Shown in pieces: positions 1-12,385 of a stretch of 64,000 bases of DNA; the stretch's first letter is position 1, and each line of letters begins with the position of its first letter. The DNA lies in NCBI GenBank assembly GCA_004431415.1, contig QPMI01000411.1, forward strand, positions 124,001 through 188,000, in the 5' to 3' direction. Made by a program: the position numbers and the translations under genes. Source of the DNA: Cyanophora paradoxa CCMP329. Its lineage: Eukaryota; Plantae; Glaucophyta. The notes beneath the pieces were generated by a model. The model searched no databases. It saw only the letters and a list, made by a program, of their open reading frames with translations, and was not told the origin of the DNA.

Positions 1-3000
1 GCCGGCTGGGGCTAGTGGGCGATGGAGGGGGCGGCGGAGGGGTGGAGGCCGCCCCGGGCGACCTCGAGGAGGGCGCGTATGGAGGCGATGCGCGGGTGCG
101 CGTCGGTGAAGCAGAGCGGGAAGCGGCCCTGCGACGGGGCGAGTCGCTCCCTGGATGGAGGCGAGCGGGCGGCCGCGGGGGGCGCCGGCCTCTGACCTGA
201 AGGAGGGCGATGGACTCCTCGAAGCACGCCGCCGCCCTCTCCCGCGCCCCTGCCCCCGCCCCGATCGCCCCGCCGCTCTCTAGGGGGGGGGGGGGGGAGG
301 GGGGTACCGATGATGAGGTAGCACTCGCCGAGGCGCATGAGCGCGTGGCCCCGCAGCGGCGTCTCGCTCGCCCCGTCCGTGATCTGCCCCCGCCCCGCAT
401 CACCACGGAGGGCAAAAATAAGGGGAGGGGCGGGGGGACGCGGGGGGGGGGGGGGGGCGCCGAGGGGAGGGAGGGGGGTACCTTGATGAGGACGAAGAAG
501 GCGCGGAAGAGGCGCACGGTGTCGCGGCAGGAGCGCCCGGGGTACTGCGGCATGCTCTGCCGCATGAACCTGCCCCCGCCCGCCCCGGGAGGCTCGCACG
601 GGCAGCTGGATTCGAGGGGGGCCCTGCCGGAAGGCGGAGGCGAGGGGCGGCACCTGGAGATGTAGAGGACGTCCCTGCGGGGCGGGGGGCAAGCGTCGGG
701 CGCCCGCACCTGGGCGCGGAGGGCGGGGGGGGGAGGGGGCGGCGGGGGCGCGCGCGCACCAGTAGTGGGAGTTGACGCCGCAGGTCTCCTGCGCCCCGCC
801 CCGCCCCGCCCCGGCGGCCCATCAGCGGGGGCAGCGGACAGCGAGATCGAGAGCCGCTGGCGGGGCCTTGCCAGCGCCGGGGCCGGGGCCGGGGGGACCT
901 TGAGGAGGGTGAAGATGAGCTTCCAGTCCTGCGCCGCCGAGGCGAGCCGCTCCATCCGCAGGCTCGCGTACATCTGCCCCCCAGCGCCCCGGCGGGTGGG
1001 TCAGCCGGGGGTCCAGGCCCTCGGTTCCTGCCGGCTGTGCGGGGGCGGACGCGGTACTGGAGGGTGCGGATGGCGAGCTGCCGGTACTCGGGCCCCGTGG
1101 CCGACGCCCGCTGCGCGAGCTTCGGCCCCTCTCGCCACGCGCCACGGAGAGGGGCAGGGGCACCTGCCAGGCCTCGATCCCGCGCGTGGCGTACCCCGCC
1201 GCTTCGGCGAAGCGGTGCCGGAGGAGCTCCAGGGCGCCTGCGGCCGCGGCGAGCGGGCGGGGCGGGTCGGGGGCCGGCTGGGGCGGGGCCGGGGCCGGGG
1301 CGGGGGCGGCGCACTGAAGCCCTGGTAGCAGACGGCCTCGTCCCGCGCGTCCTCCGCCCCCTCCTCGAACCTGCCGGCCGCCGCGTCGAGGGCACGAAAA
1401 TCGCTGGCAAGGCGCAGGTTCGAATCCGTCGGCGCCGCACCAGTAGACCTTGCTCGCCATGTCCCGCAGCAGGGAGACGCTGCTCGGGACCAGCACTGCG
1501 CCCCGCCGTGAGGGCGCGGGAGGAAGAAGCGAGGGCGCCCGGCGCGCACCGACGAACGAGAGCAGCGTTGCGATGACCCTGAGGGAAGACGCGGTTGGGG
1601 TGAGAGGGGGGGGTGGAGCTGCAAGGGGAGGTAACAAGCGAACCGAGTCTCCAGGCGGCACGGGCTGAGCTGCCTGCACCTCGGAGTCATGATCGGCGGG
1701 CGGCTTCGGGCAGGGCGGGCGGGGGCAGCGGGCGGGGGGCGCGGGGGCAGGCGGGACGCACCGGCGGATGAGCTCGCTCCAGGCTTGCCAGAGGCCCTCC
1801 ACCCCGCTCCCCTGCCGCCCGTGCTGCCAGCGCCGGCCGAGGGCGTCGGCGCGAGTCAAGCGCGAGTCAAGCCCGAGCCTCTATCTGCCTGCGAGCTGCC
1901 CGCACCATGAAGTCGAAGACGCCCTTCCGCACGAGCCACTCGATGTGGAGCGAGGCGATCTGCCGCGCAGTCGGACCCGGGCTCGCGCAAGGGAGCGATT
2001 GGGGGGGCTAGCGGGGGTTCGAGCAGCGTAGGCCGAGGGGAAGAAGGAGATTGGAGGAAGCGCGGCACCTCGTTTCGGGCGGCAGGGGACTCGGCGGCGG
2101 CGTCGATGAGGAGGCGGGACTTGTCGAGGAGCTGCGGGCGGCGGGCGGGCGCGCGTCGGTTTTCACGGGGAGGGAACGCCCCCCAGGCGCGCGCTGCACT
2201 CGCCTGGGCGACCTGCTCCTCGGAGATGACGGTGAAGTCGAGGGGGAGGACGCTCGCCGGGCCCATCGCCACCTGCTCGAGCCCGCCCCGCATCGACCCA
2301 CGCTCGCGCGGGGCCGGGGCCGGGGCCGGGAGCCGGGGCGGGCCTTGAGGAAGTCGAGGATGGCGCGGGGGGAGCTCGCCGGGTCGACGCCGGCGGCCGC
2401 GAGGGGCCTGCGGGCGGCGCAGGGCGGCGGGCGTCGGCGCAGGCGCAGGGAGCAGCGGGCTCGACGCTCTCCCGCCCGATGCGTGCGCGCTGCTCCGGCG
2501 TGCCCCCGCGCGACACGACCGCACGACCGCGCGCACCCGCTCGGGCTGAGGTCGGGTTGCGAGGGGAGGGCCACAAGGGCGGAGTGGGCGGAAGAGACGA
2601 ATGCGGCGACCTGCGGGGATCCAGAGCATCGCAGGCGGAAGCTTCGCTTGAGGCAGGGGGGGGGGGGGGGGGGGCGGGAAGGGGAGGGGCCTGGGGCGCG
2701 CACCAGGCCCTGGCCCCCGACGCCGCACAGGTCGCACAGGAGCCGGTGGAAGCCTGCCGGGCGCAGCGCCACCCCCCGCGCCCCTCGCGTCAGCCGCTTC
2801 TCGTTTTGTGTGCGGGCCGCGCGCCAGGGCGCTGCTGCCTAAAGCTAGGGATGCTGCGCGCGGGGGGGAAGGGCGGCGCGCACGGAACTGGCCGTAGGCG
2901 GTGGTGCACAGGTCGCTGGCCAGCAGGCGAGGGTCGAGCAGGACCTGAACCGGGGGCGGGGGCCCGGCCGTTGGACCCCGGGGCGAAGGCCGCGGCCGCG

Positions 3001-5710
3001 CGGGGCGGGGCCCGAGGTACCTCTCGGAGCTCCCGCAGGCTCGCCTCCCGCGCGAGCTCCCGCCCGCAGGCCGCCGCCAGCGCCTCGCACCTGCGCCCAG
3101 GGCCAGCCCCGCGTCGACGTGAGCGCGCGTGGCGGCGCGGGGACGCAACGCAGCGGGGGGCGGGGGCGCACCGCGCAGCGAGCGCCTGCGCCTCCTCCCG
3201 GGGGACCGACATCGCGGCGGGAAGCACCGAGTCCGCGTGCTGCGCGCGTATAACCCCCTTGGGCGCGGGCGAGGAGAGCGGGGCGCGAGGGGTACAGCTG
3301 ACCCGCTCCACTCCGGACCCTGATACCGGAGCCGCCGCGGCCGCCGCGTGCACGGAAGGCGGTCGCGAGGGCGACGGGGCAAACGCCGATCCCTGCCGCG
3401 CCGTCAAAGCCGCGGGCGCGAGAGCGCGCGCCGGGCGCCGGCGCACCGGCGCGGCGCCCCGCAGCGCCACCGGATCCATGAAGCTGCGCGCGCACAGAGT
3501 GAGTCACACGGGCAGGGGTGCAGATGCACGGTCCAGATTTGCACAGGCGCACTCGAAGTTCTCCTCGGAAGGGGGAGAGGCGGCCGGGGCGGCGGGGACC
3601 GGGCAGGCCCAGGGGCGATCCGGGATGATATCCTGCGGCGGGCAGTCGTGAGGCGCGCCGAAAAGACGGGCGCCAACGGGGGATTTGGAAGGGGGGTACG
3701 CTCGCCTCGGCGGGCATCAGGGGGTCGTCGTCCAGAATGGACCACCAGCGGCGGGAGCCCTCCTCGCCTGCGCCGCCGCTCGGGCGGCACGGACGCAAAG
3801 CGAAGCGTGCGGCGCCGGGGCCGCACCGTACGGGTCGGGGGCGTCGGCCGGGGCGGGGCGGGGCGCCGGGGCTGGAGCCCGGGGAGGAGCCGGAGGCGGC
3901 GCCCGGCCCGAGGCGGCGCTCGAGGGCGAGCTCGAGGCGCCCCCGCCGGCCTGCGCGACCGCGCCCGCGCGTGAGCGGGGGGAGGGGGGAGGGGGAAGGG
4001 GAGGGGTGGGGGGGGGGGGGGGGGGGGGGGCGGGGCGGGGCACGAGAGGGCGGCGGAGCAGGCGCGCTCGAGGGCGAGCACCGCCTTCCCGAAGGCCTTT
4101 TCCGGGCTCCCCGGCCCCGACCGCCCCTCCCCGCCGCCCTCCTCGCCGCCCTCCCCCGCCTCGCCGTCCCCGGCCGAGGCGCAAGGCAGACCCTCCAGGT
4201 CCACGCTGGGCGGGCGTGAGGCCTAGGCGCCCCAGACCGCCGGGCGCCGGGGGGGCGGGTGGATGCGCACAGGGGCAGCCGGTCGATGAGCGCGACGAGG
4301 TCGGGTTCGGGGGCGGCACCCCCCCCGGCCTCGGCCTCGGCGTCCGGGCCTGCAAAAGGGGCCCTTCGGGTCCGAGCGGGAGGGAGGGCGCGCGCCCGGA
4401 GCCCTCACCGGCGTCCGAATCAGTGAGGTCGATCTCCGTGGAGCTCGAGGGGGGAGGCCGGCGCGCGGCCTCGTCGCGCGGCGCGCGCCGCTCGCGAGGC
4501 GCCCTCGGCTTGGGCCTGCACACAGGCTCGGCGACGGATCCCGTGTCCTGGCCTGCACGCCCGTCATCGCGGGCAGCTGCATGCCGGCGGGCGGGTGCGG
4601 GGGCTCGCGCTCGGGGCTCACTCCTGTGGGCGCGCGTGGTGACCTCCAGGGCGCCCACGGTGGGCATCCAGTCCCCGTCGCGCCCCGTCGCCTCCAGCCG
4701 CAGCGCGAAGCGCCGGCCCCCGTGGCAGTGCTGCCGGCGCGCCAGCAGTCGGCAGGGGCGCACGAGACCTTCCGAGGGGCCCGGGCGGTGCCCTCGGACG
4801 CACCGTCGCGGCGTGGAAGCCGAACGCGGCTTCGGAGACGCCGTCGGGGCCTATCGTCAGCACCACCTGCCGCCGCGCCGCCGGCCGGATCAGAAGCCGG
4901 TCGGAGGGCGGCGGGGGGCGCGGGGGCGGGCGCGGGCCTCTTCCGCGCTGGACGTCTGGGGGAGGGAGTTGGAGCAGCCTTTCCCCCCGGGGGTGTAGCA
5001 CAAGAGCGGGCCGGAGCCTGCAGGGGCCCGTCGTCAGCTCCGGCAGCTGCGGCATTCCCGGAGGGCGACGGCGGCCCCAGCCCGTGGTGGTGGCGCGCAC
5101 CGGGGACCGGCCTCTTCCGCTTCGGGCTCGAGGAGACTCCGCCAATTTCGGACCCCGCGGGAAGCCTCCCCAGGACAGGGCCCCCGCCGCACGCGTCTGC
5201 GCCGGCGCCGCGCCCCTTCGGCGTCGGAGGTCGCGCGCGCGCGGGCGGCAGATCATGAGATCTCACCGGCGTAGCGCAGAGTGACGCGCACGGAGGCACC
5301 GAGCCACTCCGCGCACGCCTCGGGCCGCCTGTCCGTGAGGCAGAGCTTGTACTGCCTGCGCGTGCGCCATGGCCAGGGGCTCCGCATCAAGCGTAGTCTA
5401 GAGCGGCGGGCGACGCCCACGCCCACTTACCTAAATGTCAGCAGCGAGTAGCGCGCGCAAATGTTGACCGGTGCGCCGACGATCGCGGACGGCGCCACTT
5501 CGGCAAAGTCTGCGCGCCGGCGCGCGGGGGGGCAGGGGCAGATCATCAGATTGAAGTTGAGTAGAGAGGTCGCGCTCGATGTGCGCAAGGCAAACCGGCG
5601 AAGCGGCTCACGCCGGCCCGCTGCATCAAGGCGAAGGTCGGCTGCCGCCCTGGCAGCCGAGGCTGCGGCGGCCCGTGGGCGTTCGCCGCATCGCAGCCGT
5701 ACATCTGCAT
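1..5710 (-). CDS. Large multi-exon hypothetical protein, 3' end beyond the window start; helical/TPR-like C-terminal part
   Basis: Protein-like exons flanked by GT/GC..AG on the minus strand: DFAEVAPSAIVGAPVNICARYSLLTFR, RQHCHGGRRFALRLEATGRDGDWMPTVGALEVTT, MYASLRMERLASAAQDWKLIFTLLK, FMRQSMPQYPGRSCRDTVRLFRAFFVLIK, QITDGASETPLRGHALMRLGECYLII. No family recognised. The start codon is tentative and this could be more than one gene. Confidence 0.55.
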
Positions 5711-6095
5711 ATCCTCGGGCCGCGCCGCAGCTGTCACCGCCAGATGACGCCTCCGCGCGGCGAGCACGTGTCGCACGCGGTCGCCGGCCGCAGACTCGCC
5801 GATCGATCAGGCCGCCTACACGGTTACACCGTGGCACGTATGCGCTCGAATCGAAAGAGGGGTCGGAATCGGACTAACCGGACTCTGAGCTCGAGGGACA
5901 CCGGGTACGAGCCTACTACGAGGGGGCTGCTGGCGAAAGTGGAGCGCAGCTATCGACTCTATGCGACTCTAGCGTACTCGCGTGGAGTCGATTTCGACCC
6001 TGCGCTTGAGTGCGTAGTAAACTTCGTTGAAGTTCGTTCCACCAGCCGGGTACAACGCCAGTTCAGTTACCAAAAGAGCAGTCCGAGCCTTCAAC

Positions 6096-8184
6096 ATGAC
6101 AAAGCGCGGCCTGATCATCGGTTCGTAAGCTTGCTGTATCAGCAGGCGCTCGAAAACCGGACGCGGCGCTCGCCCTGACCGCGCCACTCTAGCCTTCTCG
6201 AACGTGGCCCCTGCAGAGCTCTGATCGCTTTCTTGCGACGGTTTCGTAGGAATCAACTACTCGACCGGCCCGGCCAACATCCAGCTTCAAGGTTCGTTGT
6301 TAAGTGGAAAGGGACCCGGCTTCCTTAGAGACAGACCAGCCTTTGATGCACGTACAATCGCTTTTAAACGCTACAGTGACCGGCGTACTCGTTCGGTCCT
6401 AGGATTTCTAGCCCCTTCAATCCTCGCTGACTGATGCGATTGCAGGGTTCGTCCGAACCGCCTCTCTCTTTCGTTGAGTTTCGCTGAACAGTTCGCGCAA
6501 ACGTAGCTGCGTGAACGACACCAGGTCGGCGTGCCGCTCCGATCCGTGCTCGCTTGCACAACGCGCGCCTGACGCGGCGCCGTGACAGGACCTGGGCCGG
6601 CATCCTCTCCCAGTTCGGCTACTCCGATGTGACCGTCATCGCCGAGAGTGGGCACTTCCACCCGCCCCGCAGCCGCCTCCGCCGCTGACGCCGCGAACCC
6701 GAAGAGCCCGGGGCGCCGCCGACGGCGCCGGGCCAGCCCACGAAGCGGGCGATCATGGGCGCCATCAAGAACCTCATCGACTCCGGTGAGCTGCCAAAGC
6801 GGACGCGCCGCGGGCGCCCGCCGGGCTGCGGGGCTGACCCCCCCGCGCGGCGGCGGCGGGCAGCGCGCTCCGGGGACCAGCTCTTCTTCAGCTTCTCGGG
6901 GCACGGGATCCAGGTGCCGGACTACAGCGGGGACGAGGCGGACGGCTTCGACGAGGCCCTCGTCCCCATCGACGCCTTCGAGCTCGCCGTGCGCCCGCCC
7001 CGGGCCCCCCCGCCCGCCCTCCAGACGCCGGCTGAGGCCCCGCGCGCCTCGCTCGCTCGCACCAGGCCCGCGGGGAGGACGGCTACATCGTGGACGACGC
7101 GCTGCACAAGGCGCTGGTGGGGCGCCTGCCGCCGGGCGTGCAGCTCACGGTCGTCATGGACTGCTGCCACTCGGGCACCGGCCTCGACCTCCCCTACGTC
7201 CACAAGGTGCGCGATGGCGACGCGGCGCGGTGCGGGCCGCCTCGGAGGGCGCGGTGCGAGGGCCGGGGCAGGTCTCGGGCAAGCTCTCCGACCACGTCGT
7301 CGGCCACGTCCTCGACCACGTGCGCCCCTCCCCCCGCCCCTCCCCGCCGCCCGCGCCCGCGCCCGCGCCGGCGCCCTCTGAATCTGCCGCAGGGCGGCTC
7401 GGGCGGCGGCTGCTTCCCCCTGTTCGCCTCGCTCGGCATTTGCCAGCCGCACGGTTTGCCGGCCTCAGCTCTCCGGAGCCCCCCGCGCGAGCGGGCCGCT
7501 GACGTGGACGGCGGCGGGTGGCGGCAGCGAGCGAGCGGGAGGTTGGCGAGGCGACGCTGGCGGCCTTCCGCGCCCAGGCGCGCCCGCGGGACATCTTCCG
7601 CGGCGACCCCCGCAGCGCCCGCGCCGCCAACGCCGGCTTCACCGTCCGCCCCTTCCCCTCGCGTCTCGCTCCGTCCTGCGAGGCCCGCGCTGACGCGCCG
7701 CGGCGCGGGGCCGCAGGGCGCGCCCGTGAACCAGAGCCTGCTGCAGTCCGTGCGGCCGCGCGGCGGGCCCGGCTCGGCGCCGCCGCGCGGGGACGTGCGG
7801 TCGCGCTCGATGGGCGGGGCGCCGGGGGCGGGCACGAAGGGCCGCGTGGTGATGTTCTCGGGGTGCCTGGACGACCAGACGAGCGCGGACATCGGGGAGA
7901 GCCACGCGGCGTCGGGGGCCCTGACCTTCGCGTTCAGCCAGACCATCAAGCTGATGGCCAGCTCCGGCAAGAAGCAGACCTACGCCGCCATCCTCTGCTC
8001 CCTCCGCGACTTCAGTGCGCCGACCTCGCGCGCACCCTGCCCATGGCTATCGCCCTCGCTGCTGAACTGACCGCCCGCCCGCCTCGACCGAATCCGCACA
8101 GTGCGGAGCCGCCGGTACGCGCAGGTCCCGCAGCTCTCCTCGTCCTTCCCGCTGGACCCCGCCGTCGAGACGTTCTCTCTCTGA
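6096..8184 (+). CDS. Metacaspase (peptidase C14B), no N-terminal prodomain
   Basis: Stitched exons give MTKRGLIIGINY..LQGCVND, GDQLFFSFSGHG (catalytic His), DEADGFDEALVPID, VVMDCCHSGTGLDLPY (catalytic Cys), VVMFSGCLDDQTSAD, GALTFAF and QVPQLSSSFPLDPAVETFSL*. Confidence 0.93.
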
Positions 8185-9119
8185 GCGGACTGGGCCGGGC
8201 CGGACCTTGGAGGCGAAAGCCGGAGGTTGTGTTACGTATATGTACTTCGAGAAACATGCAGGCTGCAGACAGAACGTCTACAAGCTAGACGGATCTCAAC
8301 TTTGGGGCTCCAGTTCGTGGGATTGGACCACGCGGGGCGCCCAGCCCGCCATCCACCGCCGGAGCGGCTTCGGTCGGCCGAGCACGGAAAGGCCCCCTTG
8401 AGGGAGGGAGTACGCCCTCCCCGGCACCTAGGTGAAGTGCCGAAGATTGCAGCACCGGTGGATCGGGAGGCGACGGCCCCCCGCGGGCGGAAGGTGCCCG
8501 CGGGGGGGAGCCTGCGCACGGCGGCGGCGCGCGCGCGCGCGAGGTCAGGTCACGCGCACGAGGTCAGGTCAAGTTCCTTCTGGGCTTGTTGGGACCACTC
8601 GACGCCACCACGCTGTTGTGATCAGAGTATGCTTTGTCTGCCTTAATGACACGTCAATAACTCCAATCTTGCAACATTTTGTGTACGTGTACGCGCCGAT
8701 GCCAGCTGCAGAGCTTAGGAAGCCCCCTTGAATTCCATGACGAGCTTGTAATGCGCAGCATGAATGCGCAGAATTTCCATGATCATGACCAGCTTGCATG
8801 CGCAGCTATGAGCTGCATGCGCAGCTCAGCTGCAGGCTGCAGCTGAGGAGTTGAACCTGGAGTACAGTGGAGTTCGGGTGGGGGGTACAGACTTCTCGAC
8901 CGCTGCAATAGACATCGAAAACAAAGCCTTGAAGACCCAGTGCAGAAGCGCCGCCGTGCGTGCGTCAAGCGCTTTAGAGCTAGCCAGCAGTTGCTCAGTG
9001 TTAGCTTGAGCCCACGACCTCGTTGTAGCTAAGCTAGCTAGGACGTGGGCATTGTCTGAGAGGATGTGGAGGCGATCTCGTTGATCTTGAGCACTCTCCG
9101 CCGCCGCCTGTGCCGCACC

Positions 9120-12100
9120 ATGGGCCGCCAAACCTACAGAGACACGCTGACGGGTCCCAAGCGGGCCCCAACGCTTGAATGGAGCGAGGGTGAGCGCTTC
9201 TTAGCTAGTCTTGTTCTCCAGAAGGCGCTGACACTGTCCCGCAGCGGCGCAGTACGGCCTCGCCAAAGTCGGCGCACGGCCCTCTCATTCTCCAAGGCCG
9301 CCGAGCCCTCTGGGTGCCGGTGCAGACGCGGAGCAGCCCACTCTGGAGTCTCTCGGGGTCGCCAACTCGGGCCACTTCCCCTTGCTGTGCGCCCGCCGCC
9401 CGGCCGGGAAGGCGCGCCGTGCGAGCGAGCCCGACGCGCCTCCGCAGCTTCTTCAAGGAGGCGCGGTACCTGGCGTCACGGGGCGGCCCGGCCGGCGCCG
9501 GCCTCTCCGCTTCGGCCTCGGCGCCGCTCCTGAGCATCGTGCGGGCCGCCACCGCGGCGAGCACGCTCGGCGTGCCGAAGCGGAGCGTCCAGCTCTCGAC
9601 CGCCGACTCGGCCCGCGCCCTCAGTGCCGCCGAGCGGCGCGGGAGCATGCCGCCGGGCACCTCGCGGCGCACCCACCGCACCGCCCGCCCGTCGCTGGGG
9701 GACGGGGAGGCGGCGGAGGCGGCGGGGCCGGCGGGGGCGGGGGAGGACGGCTCCTCCCCGGCCGGCTCGCCCTCGGGGAGGGGCGGGGCCGGGGCGCAGC
9801 TGGCGCAGCGGTTCGTGGAGCTGGAGAAGAAGATCGCGGCGGCGGCGAAGAAGGAGGCGCGGAAGAAGCAGCAGCAGGGCCGGCGCCTGCAGGTCGCCCG
9901 CCGCCGCGAGTCGACCTCCAACGTCCCCCAGGGCTCCGGCGAGGCCCCCGCCGTCCCCGCCCTCACCTCCAGCCTGCTCGGGACCCTCGGGCCCGCCGCC
10001 GACCGCCCCGGCACGCACGACAAGGCCCCCTCGGTCTCGACGGCGCGCTCGGCGATCTCGCAGGGCGGCGGCGGCCTCGGCGGGGGCGTCCTGGCGCCCA
10101 TCCCCGCCGAGCTGCGCACGCTGCTCCTCCCCAAGCGGCTCCTGGCGGCCACCTCGACGACGCCCTCGCAGCGGGCCGCCCTCAACGCCGCCGACTACGC
10201 CGCGGCGATCCCGAAGCGCAAGCTGGCGCTCACGCGGGCCCTCTGGAAGGAGTACTGGCGGGCCACGGGCGAGGCGCAGGCCACGGGGCCCGCCCGCCGC
10301 GTCCGCGCCATCCTGCGCGACGCCGGCGTCCTCGGCCCCGCCCCGCCCGCCTCCGCCACGCACCCGCTCCCCTCCTCCCGCTCCTCCGCCGCCCTCCAGC
10401 TGCCGCCCCCCGGCACCGGCACCGGCTCCGGCGCCGGCTCCGCCCCGACGGCGGCCCTGCTGGGGCCGAGCAGCGCCCCCGCGCCCGGGACGGCGCCCTC
10501 CTCGTCGGCCCCCGCGAGCCGGAGCAGCTTCCTGAAGCGCTCCAAGAACGCCTCGGGGCTGGGGGCCTCCCGCGTCGCCCTGCCCCCGCCCTCCCCGGAG
10601 AAGCCGCCGGCCGCCCCCGGCGCGCCGCTCCCGCCGCTGCCGGCCCTGGCGGAGCCGGGGCAGCAGGCGGGGCGGAGGCGCTCTCGGCGGCGCGGGCGGC
10701 GCTGGAGGGGATCGTGGGGGGCCTGACGGAGGCCGGCCTGGCGCTGCTGCGGCCGACGACCCCGACGCCGCGCTCCGTGCCCCGCGCCGTCGACATCGAC
10801 CCCGGGAGCGGCTGGCAGGCCTACTGCGAGGCCTGCGCCGCCCTCGAGACCCGCGCCCTCGCCGCCGTCGAGGAGGCCGCCCGCGCCCCCTCCCTCAGCC
10901 TCCCCCGCCGCGCCCTGCTCGCCCGCGGCGCCGCCGCCCTCGCCCTCTTCCTCCAGCAGAACCGCTACGTCACCCGCCTCGACCTCCGCGACAACGGCAT
11001 CGAGAGCTCCGCCGCCGTCGGTCCGCCCTCCGCACCGCTCTCCGACCTCCTCTGCTCACACGGCTCGCCCCGCAGCGCTGGGGACGGCGCTGGCGGCGAA
11101 CCAGACGGTGACGTACCTGGACCTCTCGGGCAACCGGCCGGGGCTCGCCGGCTGCGCGGCCATCTGCGCGGCGCTGGCCTCCAACGAGGGCGAGCTGCAC
11201 ACGCTCCGCCTCGCCAACTGCGCCCTCGGCGACCGCGAGGCCGCCGTCGCCGCCCTCGCCCTCGAGCAGAACTACACCCTCACCCGGCCCGCCCCGGCCC
11301 CGCCCCCGCCCCGCCCCGCCCTCGCCGCCCCCTCTCACGCCGCTTCGCCCGCAGCCTGGACCTCTCGTACAACGGGGTGGGCGACCGGGGCGCCCTCTCC
11401 CTCGCGCGCGCCCTCATCCTCAACGAGGTCGTCACCTCGCTGGACCTCAGCTGGAACCGCCTCCGCTCCAAGGCCGGCGTCGCCCTCGGCACCGCCCTCA
11501 CCAAGAACGAGGTCCTCACCGACCTGCGCCTCGCCTCCAACGGCCTCGGCGGCTCCGGCCTCTCCACCATCGCGCGCGCCCTCTCCACGAACGCGGCGAC
11601 GGCGCTGCGCGTGCTGGACCTCACGCAGACGGGCATGGACGACGACGCGGCGGCCGCCCTCGCCGCCGGCCTCAAGGCCAACCGCACCCTCGAGCGCCTC
11701 TGCGTCGGCCGCAACGGCGAGCTCTCCGACGAGGGCGCCCGGCCCCTGGTCCGCCCCCGCCCCGCCCGCCCCGCCGGCCCCCGCGCCCCGTCGGCCGACG
11801 CCTGGGGGTGCAGGTGGAGGCCCTGGCGGGGCACGCGGGCCTGAGGAGCTGGGCGTGCAGGGCGTCATCGTGCGCCCCCCGCCCGCCCCCGCCTCGTCGC
11901 GCACCTGACGCCGGCCGGCAGCTGGCGTTCGGGCCCCCCGACCCCGAGGAGGACCCGCGGCTGCTGAGCGTCGCGGCGGTGCCGAACGCGCTCGCCGCGC
12001 CCGAGCCGCTGCCCCGCGCCACGGAGGGCATGCGCGCCTGGGAGCTCGAGGCGGTGCAGCGCATGCGCGCCCGGCCCATGCCCGTCACCCCCGCCGCCGC

Positions 12101-12140
12101 GGCGCCCCCCGGCCCGGAGTCGAAGCCCAAGAGCGCCTAG
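9120..12140 (+). CDS. Ribonuclease-inhibitor-class leucine-rich repeat protein (LRRC74/NLRC3-like LRRs) with long low-complexity N-terminus
   Basis: About 28-aa LRRs at 10950-11850: VTRLDLRDNGI, VTYLDLSGNRP, LHTLRLANCAL, SLDLSYNGVG, VTSLDLSWNRL, LTDLRLASNGL, LRVLDLTQTGM. They are preceded by WQAYCEACAAL, reminiscent of LRRC74. The start codon is tentative. Confidence 0.8.
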
Positions 12141-12385
12141 TCGCTCTGTCACTAGTACTAGTATATTAACTATTACCACGATCACTTTTGAAGATGCCGG
12201 GCTCGAGGGCTTTCTTGTGCGCCGATTGTGGCCCGGAAGTTTAGGCGTGGGGGGTACGGCGTGACTGCAGGCCTTGAACGGCCGGGCGCAGCGTCGCCGC
12301 CCGCAAAGCAGCCCACAGCGTCTAGCGCGGTTGCGGAACTCACAGGCGCTTTAGCTTTGCAAGCAGCTCGTGCGGGCTGGCTGGC

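Noticed and set aside
8826-9131. 101-aa minus-strand ORF that looks moderately protein-like
   Set aside because: It has no motif, overlaps the probable LRR gene start, and ends in a palindrome-rich spacer. Support is insufficient.
10660-10700. Programmed frameshift in the LRR gene
   Set aside because: The frame change lies in a G-rich run with no slippery heptamer. An assembly indel or unrecognised intron is more likely.
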